Assembly (NCBI GenBank): GCA_027604505.1
Contig: JADIIX010000193.1
Coordinates: 1-32,540, forward strand
Length of the DNA: 32,540 bases
DNA from: Gonapodya sp. JEL0774
Lineage: Eukaryota
Direction of reading: 5' to 3'
The position numbers and the translations under genes were made by a program. Shown here in pieces: positions 23,275 through 32,540 of the stretch; position 1 is the first letter of the stretch; each line of letters starts with the position of its first letter. Below the pieces are notes generated by a model that saw only the letters and a list, made by a program, of their open reading frames with translations, made no database searches and was not told the origin of the DNA.

Positions 23275-24469
23275 CACGGCGGCGGATTTTATGTGCATTC
23301 CGAACAGAGAAGTTTGGATTGCTCAGAATCTGAGCAGAATATGACCAGAATATGAACAGTATTATTCAGATTTTCTTATCAGAATCTGATCAGAGTGCTC
23401 TTAACAGAATCTGACCAGATTGTCATGGTCAGGTTTTGGGGACCACAAGAATCCGAAGTTCTCTGTTCAGAAAGGGGTGGTTTCCTCCAGAGACGGTTCA
23501 TGATTTCATGAACCCACGTTGAAGAAGCGCTCGCACGCTGAAGAAGCGGAACGACGCAGGACGGTATCTCAATGGACTTTCCTTTTGTACTCAAAGATTG
23601 TGGAACTGTGTGTGTTGTGTGTGACTCCCGCTGCTGCACCTTGCGCCGGCAGACCGCCAAAAGCATCAGCAATTCCTCCAGAACAGTGAGCTGGACAGTG
23701 TCCATACTGTGCTCGGTGATGAAAAAGTGGGTGGAGAGACGCTGCTGGACGCGCAATCGGAACCTGACCCAGTGGTGCACGCGGAAGCACACGTGTTGCT
23801 TGACAATCTCTCCAAATTTTGAGCGGGAGCTGGACCGTTTTTGGGTGCAAGCCATCACCAAGAAATTGATCAGCCTGAACTTTTTGGCTGGGATTTTGGG
23901 CAGGATGGCTTCGAATTGGGGGACGCTGTCGAACTGGCTCGGTCTGCACCAGCAGGGCACAAACAATTCCCAATCATCGAGGCCTTATGGGACTCTGCTG
24001 AAAACAATGAAGTAGTCCAGAAGCGCAGAAAGCACCGGGCTGGTGCCAGGGATCCCAGGAAACCATATCTCTCGGGACTCGATCTTCTGCTCACCCTCTT
24101 TCAAGCATCCACTGCCCATCCACCCTCTCGCAACCTGTTCTACTTTGTATGTTTTCTTGCAAAGTATTGTCAAGAACATCTGCATGACACTATGCCTTCC
24201 CCAGACCACGTTTGGAGTCGCGTTGACTTGCGAATCCCTCCGGATATCATGCCTGGCCTCTCACAAGCAGTTGTCCAAACAAAGTGAGGACGTAAAACCA
24301 TCCATTCCATCTCCCTTGTGTCAATGGCTAAGCTGGTCGTTGGTGATCCCAGCCTTGCTCTGGCGCTTGGCTTTCTCCCTGAAATCAACACCTCTGGGGG
24401 CATCAAAAACATCCAACAAGCAGTGGCTTGGCACACAGATTCCTCGTGTCAACTTATGAATGTTCGGCA
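23275..24469 (+). mobile_element. Truncated CACTA/CMC-like DNA transposon (left end plus 5' part of transposase pseudogene)
   Basis: Begins CACGG and carries subterminal 11-mer repeats CAGAAT(C/A)TGAN (about 23324-23415). A long + frame (about 23625-24469, TGA stops near 23820 and 24285) ends GDPSLALALGFLPEINTSGGIKNIQQAVAW, resembling the NP...L.FYPE...Q...W motif I recall from fungal CACTA/Plavaka-like transposases. No right TIR. Confidence 0.5.
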
Positions 24470-24901
24470 GACTTCTGGATTATGAGACACTGCTTGTTGA
24501 GAGAGCAAGAACTCAGTGAAACAGTCAAAAAATATAGCGGCAGGTAGTTTCGATCTACTGACTTCCGGGTTATGATACACTGCTTGTTGAGAGGGCAAGA
24601 ACTCAGTGAAAAAGTAAAAAAAACATAGCAACAGGTAGTTTTGATCTACCGACTTCCAGGTTTTGAGACACTGCTTGTGGAGAGAGCAAGAACTCAGTGA
24701 AACAGTGAAAAAATATAGCGACAGGTAGTTTTGATCTACCGACTTCCGGGTTATAATGCACTGCTTGTTGAGAGAGCAAGAACTCCTGAAAAAGTAAAAA
24801 AATAGCAACGGGTAGTTTCGATCTACCGACTTCCGGGTTATGATGTACTCTGTGGTCAGGTGAGCAAGAGCTCATTTGAAAATGGAAAAACTGCAGTGAC
24901 A

Positions 24902-25041
24902 TGTTGTGTACCCGTGACATCTGGCCCCCTGGGTGGCCACAGACTAGTATAAATACCCACATGTACTAGAGACACTAGCAATATACATACGAGTACTCGA
25001 GACTACGTCCGGACCCACGGAACCGTCACGGTTACACCACA
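24902..25041 (+). mobile_element. 140-bp solo LTR (or MITE) inserted in the satellite
   Basis: TG...CA ends. The 5' end TGTTGTGTACCCGTGAC matches the reverse complement of the 3' end, TGTGGTGTAACCGTGAC (15/17). TATAAATA at about 24948. Flanks GACA/TACA are an imperfect 4-bp TSD, and the satellite unit resumes in register. Confidence 0.75.
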
Positions 25042-26372
25042 TACAGGTTGTTTTGATCTACTGCCTTCTGAGTTATGATGCACTGCTTGTTGAGAGAGCA
25101 AGAGTTCATTTGAAAAAGTGAAATAGTATAGCGACAGGTAGTTTCGATCTACCAACTTCCGGGTTGTGACACACTGCTTGTTGAGAGAGCAAGAACTCAG
25201 TGAAACAGTGAAAATATATAGCGACGGGTAGTTTCGATCTACCGACTTCCGGGTTATGAGACACTCTGTGGTCAAGTCAACAAGATCCTTTGAAAAAGGA
25301 AAAAGTATAGCGACGGGTAGTTTCGATCTACCGACTTCCGGGTTCTGATGCACTCTGTGGTCAAGTCAGCAAGATCCATTTGAAATGGAAAAAAATATAG
25401 CGACAGGTAGTTTCGATCTACCGACTTCAGGGTTATGATGCACTCTGTCGTCAGGTGAGCAAGAACTCATTTGAAAAAAGGAAAAAAATTAGCGACGGGT
25501 AGTTTCGATCTACCGACTTCCGGGTTATGATGCACTCTGTCGTCAGGTGAGCAAGAACTCATTTGAAAAAGGGAAAAAAACTAGCGACAGGTAGTTTCAA
25601 TCTACCGACTTCCGGGTTAATGGTTATGAGACACTGCTTGTTGAGAGATCAAGGACTCAGTGAAAAAGTAAAAAAAACATAGCGACAGGTAGTTTCGATC
25701 TACCGACTTCCGGGTTATGAGACACTGCTTGTTGAGAGAGCAAGAACTCAGTGAAAAAGTGAGAAAAACATAGCGACAGGTAGTTTCGATCTACTGACTC
25801 CCAGGTTATGAGACACTGCTTGTTGAGAGAGCAAGAACTCAAGTGAAAAAGTAAAACAAAAGTAAAAATTTATAGCGACAGGTAGCTTCGATCTACCGAC
25901 TTCCGGGTTATGATACACTGCTCGTTGAGAGAGCAAGAACTCAGTGAAAAAGTGAAAAAATATAGCGACGGGTAGCTTTGATCTACCGACTTCCGGGTTA
26001 TGATACACTGCTTGTTGAGAGAGCAAGAACTCAGTGAAAAAGTAAAAAGCAAGTAAAAAGTTATAGCGACGGGTAGTTTCGATCTACCGACTTCCAGGTT
26101 ATAAGACACTTCTTGTTGAGAGAGCAAGAACTCATTTGAAAGAAGGAAAAATATTAGCGACGGGTAGTTTCGATCTACTGACTTCCGGGTTATGATACAC
26201 TGCTTGTTGAGGGAAGCAAGAGCTCATTTGAAAAAGTAAAACAAAAGTAAAAAATTATAGCGACGGGTAGCTTCGATCTACCGACTTCCGGGTTATGAGA
26301 CACTGCTTGTTGAGGGAAGCAAGAGCTCATTTGAAAAAGGGAAAAAATCTAGCGACGGGTAGTTTCGATCTA

Positions 26373-28801
26373 CACTCGGCTCTGCCTAATTTGACTCAAC
26401 TTGGTCGACACAAAAGGGGGTCAAATAAGGCAGAGAATCAACTTAGTCAGAGGGCATAAATTTTCGTGAATTGCAGGCCTTTAAAAATACCAGTATACCT
26501 ATACAATATTTTAGAGCCTCAAGGGAGTCTTTTCACGCTCAAAAATGTTGTCAAGTTTGTCTGCCGATTGGCTGACAAAATGTGGTGGTTGGTATCCCTC
26601 TCCAACCGACCAAGAAAAAAATCCAGCCGCCTGGCATCAGCCCCTCCCTCAAGCACCAAATACTCTCTGAGCAGCTTTGCTGCATTCAAGACGTCTCTAC
26701 CGGATGGACGCGACTCAATTTCCTTGCCATGGAGCTCCTCCTCATCAATGGTCTCTTCTTCGGCCATCACAGAGGTGAAGATCTCCTCAGGGGTTTCCAC
26801 AGCCGAGAACGTGCCATCCTTGCTGTCTGGGTTCAGGAGAAAGTCCAGACTCATCTGGTTTCTTGGGTGCAGGACGTTTTGCTGAACCAATGCATCGAGT
26901 GTGGCTTTGATTTCGACCCCGGCACTCATAAGTTCGGCGTTTTGGTCCCTTATGACCAACACGGTTAGCTTTGAAATCGAAACATCAAGGAAAGAGACCT
27001 CCTACCCAATGTGTTCTGGTGTGGGAATGATTTTGGTACTTGCCCAACAGTTCTTCACGGTTTCCGGTGAAAGCCCCTCCCATGCTCTCTCAACCATCTG
27101 GATAGCCTGCAGAATGTTTAAGTTGTAGATCTCCGTGATGGCAACATTGTCGTTGTATCTTTTCGAGGCGTAAGTGCATTGTTCACGCCGATAGTGGGCT
27201 TTCAAAGTGCGGATCACACCAGCATCAAGCGGTTGGATGTAAGTGGTCATGTTAGGCTTGAAGAGCTCGACACCAATGTTGGTGACTCCCTCTGGCATTT
27301 GGTGACCAGCAAAGTTGTCGACAAGTAAGAGAATTTTGCGGCCTGCAGATTGAAGATCACTGTCCCATTTTAGAAGGTACTCCTGGAAGAGCTCTAATGT
27401 CATCCATGCTGTTTTGTTGTACCTCCAGTAAATTCCAAGCTGACTCCCTGCTTTCCATTGAAAGGGCCGTGGTTTTGCAGCGTGACCAATGAAGAACAGA
27501 GGTCGCTTCTCTGAACCATCTGCATTAACACAGAGAGCGACTGTGAAGCGTCTTTTATCCACTTTATTCCCACTAACTCTTTTTGCTTTCAGTCCCCTGT
27601 CGGGCTCCATACTCCAGAATAAGCCAGTTTCATCGAGATTGAAAGTGTCTTGCAGAGCAAACATAGCAGGTAGAGGTTTCAAACATTCCTGCTCCCGCGC
27701 AACCTCTTCTTCGTCTGTGGATCCTGCCTCTCCATGAGCAACGTGTTGTTTTAGCATATTTTTTGCTTTCAGTGACGTCAACCAACCGTCACTGAAGTCC
27801 ACTTGTTTTGCTCCATCATTCTCGCAAAAGTTACATATTGCGCTCTGATCATCGCTCCAGCTATGAGCAACTTTTTGTTGATAGCCTGCTGTATCCATTT
27901 GTCCATCATTTCTGTGAGTTGTGGATGTTTCCCCTCCCCAACGCAATTAACTGTCGTGCTGCCCACTGCAGCATCATTCGTGTAGATTTCTTCCTTCCTC
28001 TTCTTTCAGTTGCTTAGAGAAGAAGCGCTAATGTTGAGTCCAAGTTTCTTATTCCATTTTTCGCATAAGGCCTCCCGTTTTAGTGTTGGGTTCGTATCCA
28101 GACAATCTCTTAGAATTGTCTCATGCTCTACTATGGTAGGTTCCCGTCCCTGACGCTTCTTCTTTCTGCTTTCTGCGCTCTCGTCATTCTGAGCAGGCAA
28201 ATCACACTTTTTGGAAGGGGCGTTGGTGTTGAAGGCAGTTGCCCATGTCGTTATTGTCGATTGCAATGTAGCTGAAGGCGTTTGGCCCTCTAATATAGCA
28301 TCAGTAGGGTATTGCTTGCCCATGCGACTCTTGTTTCACTCACCAGTGGTTCCGTTCACAGAAATCAATCTTCCGATTGCCTGTTGTTGTTCCTCACCCA
28401 TCCTTGAGATTTCATCTGGCAGATCCCGCGGGAGCACGTTTGCAAGCTGTTCTAGAACAAGAATCTAATCCACGAGATTCAATGGCCCGTCAAGCTCATC
28501 CAGTTCCGAAGCAGTGGCAATGCCATCTTCTTGCTTCCCCTCAATTTCCCTCCGCCTGGCATCACTCCACGTCTTTAGAGACTTGAGTCCTTTTGAAAGA
28601 GAATTGTGGGTGATTTTGGACGTATCCATGGTGTTCTAAACAAGAACGGGGATGGTTTTGGTGCCCAGGCACGCTCTTTACAATTTGACTTTTGGTCAAA
28701 TTACAGTCAATATCACTATGTCTTTTTGTGGTCAACAGGTTCTGGCGTCAAATAAGGAAGAGAATCAAATTGCACAGAGTCAAAATAGGGAGAGTCGACT
28801 G
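26373..28801 (-). mobile_element. Full-length pogo/Tigger-type (Tc1/mariner superfamily) DNA transposon, 2429 bp
   Basis: 25-bp TIRs CACTCGGCTCTGCCTAATTTGACTC and CAGTCGACTCTCCCTATTTTGACTC (21/25). TA duplications at 26371-72 and 28802-03. The satellite unit continues on both sides. Confidence 0.93.
26519..28629 (-). pseudogene. pogo transposase (CENP-B-type HTH + DDE_1), frameshifted
   Basis: HPQLTEMMDKWI (CENP-B HTH), FSDGWL, FNLDETGLFW, LLVDNFAGH and QPLDAGVIRTLKAHYR are spread over several frames. The start is approximate. Confidence 0.9.
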
Positions 28802-30266
28802 TACCAACTTCCAGGTTATAATGCACTGCTTGTTGAGAGAGCAAGAGCTCATTTGCAAAAGGAAAATGTATAGCGACGGGCTGCTGACTTCCGGGTTATG
28901 AGCCACTGCTTGTTGAGAGAGCAAGAACTCAGTTGAAAAAGTAAAAAAAATAGCGACAGTAGTTTTGATCTGCTGACTTCCAGGTTATGACACACTGCTT
29001 GTTGAGAGAGCAAGAACTAATTTGCAAAAGGAAAAGATATAGCGACGGGTAGTTTCGATCTACCGACTTCCGGGTTATGATGCACTGCTTGTTGAGAGAG
29101 CAAGAGTTCATTTGAAAAAAGGAAAATATAGTGACGGGTAGTTTTGATCTACTGACTTCTGGGTAATGATGCTCTGCTCGTTGAGAGAGCAAGAGCTCAT
29201 TTGAAAAAGGGAAAAATTATAGCGACGGGTAGCTTCGATCTACCGACTTCCGGGTTATGATGCACTGCTTGTTGAGCGAGCAAGAACTCAGTTGAAAAAG
29301 TAAAAAAATATATCGACTGGTAGCTTTGATCTACTGACTTCCAGATTATGATGCACAGCTTGTTGAGAGAGCAAGAATTCAGTTGAAAAATATAGCAACG
29401 GGTAGTTTTGATCTACCGACTTCTGGGTTATGACACGGTGCTTGTTGAGAGAGCAAGAACTCAGTTGAAAAGGTAAAAATATAGCGACGGGTAGTTTTGA
29501 TCTACCGACTTCCGGGTTATGACACGCTGCTTTTTGAGAGAGCAAGAACTCAGTTGAAAAGGTAAAAATATAGCGACGGGTAGTTTTGATCTACCGACTT
29601 CCGGGTTATGATGCACTGGGACTGTCTATAACCCATGGAGTACTGAGGTAATGACCTCTATCGATGTGACCCACAGTCAAATACAGTCTCTTACATTCTC
29701 TGCTTCAAAATTGTCCCCAGGAACGACCCCCGCTGTAATCCCTCGTTTTTGAATCATGTCATTTCGCGCAGATGCCCTCCGGGTCCCCGAGCAGTCTTTT
29801 AGTTTGTAGCTCACTTCATGTTGCTCTCTTGCTCAGATTTTTCAATTATCTGGATAAAATGGATATATCAAGTCTCTATCAAGAGTTGAACTATTGTCTC
29901 CCTGCTTCTGTGTCTGTCTCCTGCCCTCTTGACTTGGTACTACCTCCCCAATCAGTACATCATCTTGATACTACCTATTTCAAAGTCCCTTAATCATCAC
30001 AAGATCACGCTACGCAAATGAAATATCACTAGACTATGATGTTTGGTGCGTTATCTTTGACCGTACCTCTTTTGTGGACTTTCACCGGCTCTGTTCAGGG
30101 TATGTTCCAGGTTAACACAAATGAAATCACTCTTTTCCACGATCCAGGACGTTTCAAGAGTGTCAACGACACTTCATTTGCTGCAAAGGAGTGTGAGGAT
30201 AATGAAAGACAACAGAAAACTCTATTCTGAAAAGACGGTGCTCGGCTCCATTAGCTACCTCAACTA

Positions 30267-32540
30267 CTACTTGCTACTTTGTTCTTTGATAAGCTCCTTC
30301 TGAAGTTTGTCCAAGGACCATTTCTCATCCAGCCAACAAGTCTCAAGAGCTTGTACTGCCCTCTCCACACCTCCATCCTTCTCCTTCAGGTCCCCAATGG
30401 CCTTGTACAACGCCTTCCACCGACGGGCAAATTGTGAATCTCCAACTTGCCACTGTGCTCCAAAGCGCTTCTCCAGCTCCTTCACTGGTGGGCCACCTGC
30501 GTATCCATCGATGTACTCGGACCAGCCATCGGGAACTGTCTTGATTGAACGATTGAACTTGTACTTGGGCATTTCACCACCTCTGCGCCAACAACACCCA
30601 GAAGTGGCCCTCTCAGGCTCTCCCTCCTCCTCCTCCTCGTTTGCAGCATCAGCACAATTTGGGTCTGGACCACTCCCAATCTGTTCCTGATCATGCCCAT
30701 GTTGACCCGCTTCACTTAAGTGGTTTTGCAGCTGATTGGCCCTGTGTTCGTAGCTCATGGCTTCCTCTGCTACTCTGACCCCCACTCCCTGCCAAAGAAG
30801 ATGCATCAATTGCCATCAGCATCTCCGTAAATGAACAAATTCTATTTCCTAGTGCCTTCAGCATTGTATTGTTCACTCGAACAAGAGACGAAACCTGATG
30901 ATTCAAAGAGTCAACAGTTTCTATCAAAGGCTGGACTGTGCGCTGAACTGAGGAGACTGTGTCACGTTGATGCACAGCCATTGCATCCATGAGGTCTGGA
31001 ACAGCTGTTTGAAGATCTGTCATGACTGGCATTTGAACACCAGGTGCTTCCATGGCTGCCTTCAACCTGTCCCAGAAGTTATGAAACTGTGGAGAGTGAA
31101 AGAGAGGGGTCTGAAATAAGTGATGGGATTTGTAGGCAGGGTTGCTCATCAAAACTGCCCCATCTTGGAGGATAACAATGCGAAGCCATCGCAGTAGATC
31201 TAAGAAACCGATGGCTGTGAGATCCTGAGTCACTCCTGTCCTACTTGTCACTTCCGCAAATAAATCGTCGATCCCGGGAAATATCAGTGACTGCAGATCT
31301 TCATCGGGAAGCGCAACATTGCGAGGTAAGAAGTATGTTTTCTGAACTGGGGAGAATCCCGCCAAGCCTAAAATGACCACAGGGGATGTTGCTCATGTAA
31401 GAGCCTTCCATGCGTTTGCCGTTCCAGTGCCGAAGTCTTCTAACCTGGTTGTCATCAATGTTGGGCAGTTGCTCAATCTGACGGACAGGGCCATGGCGCC
31501 GTGCATGAGTTTTACTCAGGGAGTTTATGTGAACTGTCTTCATCATTTCGGTGATTGCTTTGAGCTGAGCGTGGTATGCTACTCTCTCATACCGATTATG
31601 CCCATCTTTGCCACTTTTTGCGAGCACAATGTCATACCATGAACCCCGGCTGCTGAGATCTGGGAAGTCCTCTTTCTCAATGTGAAATCGATGATAGATC
31701 GATGGTAGAACCCCAACGCACCGACAGGGCAACACTGGAAAGCGAAAGAGTTAGCCAGCACCATTCCATTGTAATTTCTCTATAAACAGATCTCATTCTT
31801 GATGAGACTTGAGCAATGAATACTCACTTGCTCATTAATGTGACGAATGCATCCACCTGTTTCCAGCCGGCCAACTTGATTTGTCTTGCCACGGCACACA
31901 GTCGCCACAAGCACAAAGCAAGGGTGAGGACCCTGGTTTTTCCACTCTATCCTAGAGAGATCTGCAAGATCTGCTTCTCGGACAGATTCACTTCTAAGGA
32001 CCATGTGGTGAGAAACAAGGAAGTCCATCTGGTCCCTCAATCCAGTACCATTGTCACGGTCCCAATAGTACTTTGCAGCTTTGGGCAGGTCCCCTTCTGT
32101 GTACCCATCCAGATGCGTTCCAGCACCACAATCCTCATATGCCTGACGTTTGCGCTCACTTTCCCCCAATGTCAATGCGTGCATCTTGTCCTTCAGGGCA
32201 CCACCTCGGATCTTCTCATTCCTTGATGCCCTCCCAAAAGCAGCCTGTTGATTATGTAGGTCAAGAATTGCCTTAACTACATTTTCCAAAGTGTTTTTGG
32301 AGAGTGGAACAGGGTCTCAAGTGTGTGATGCAACGAACTCGGGGCGCTGCGTAAAGTCCACTGCAACCTGCCCAGAATGAGAGTTCACTGCCCTCTTCCG
32401 TTTTGAAGAGCTAGGGCTCCCTCTGTTTTGGCGGAGTGTCAATTCATCCTCCTGTTGTATCTCGTCCTCAGAGTCCATTTCAATCACCTGATCGGCATGC
32501 TGTGACTGTCCTTCAGCAGTGGTGGGAGTTTCTCCATTCC
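30267..32540 (-). mobile_element. Crypton (tyrosine recombinase/NDC10-like domain + C-terminal GCR1_C), frameshifted; continues past the window end
   Basis: HMVLRSESVR (Arg), GKTNQVGR (Lys), CPVGALGFY, KTHARR (HxxR) and LRHWNGKRMEGSY (W/Y). The C-terminal YKFNRSIKTVPDGWSEY...GGPPVKELEKRFGAQW is GCR1_C-like. Confidence 0.9.

Larger units (their letters stand above)
23125..29617. repeat. ~90-bp tandem repeat array (about 30 units) split into segments 23125-23274, 24470-24901, 25042-26372 and 28802-29617
   Basis: Consensus approximately TAGCGACGGGTAGTTTCGATCTACCGACTTCCGGGTTATGATGCACTGCTTGTTGAGAGAGCAAGAACTCAGTGAAAAAGT(A-rich). Unit starts at e.g. 24535, 24626, 24716 and 24803. Confidence 0.97.

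Noticed and set aside
24449..29545. Repetitive ORFs (e.g. FLLSQQAVHHNPEVGRSKLPVA...)
   Set aside because: These are translations of the satellite; the frame shifts between units because linker length varies.
23125..29617. CRISPR-like array (palindromic repeats)
   Set aside because: The whole unit is repeated, with only an A-rich linker varying. There are no unique spacers or cas genes, and the context is eukaryotic.

Overview
Eukaryotic, intron-rich DNA (most introns about 55-90 nt), most likely from an early-diverging, flagellated (zoosporic) fungus. The taxonomy is an inference from gene content. A compact five-gene island (about 7.0-20.8 kb) lies between two blocks of decayed transposons. 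Left block: a degenerate APE+RT non-LTR retrotransposon. Gene island, reconstructed by hand splicing: an F-BAR/HR1 protein with four SH3 domains (-), a TMEM249-like CatSper auxiliary subunit gene (+), DIS3/RRP44 (+), YKT6 (-), and a 92-aa selenoprotein W (SELENOW/Rdx family) gene (+) that the ORF track misses. Its CGAU motif has an in-frame TGA in a 12-nt micro-exon. A candidate SECIS with an unusually long apical stem lies in its 3' UTR. Right block: an internally deleted chromoviral Ty3/Gypsy element, then a ~90-bp satellite array of about 30 units carrying three nested insertions (a CACTA/CMC-like fragment, a 140-bp solo LTR and a full-length pogo element), then a Crypton tyrosine-recombinase element. 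CpG-to-TpG/CpA decay is strong in the transposons and extends into the ends of the neighbouring genes. All gene models and RNA structures were read by eye; none was computed.
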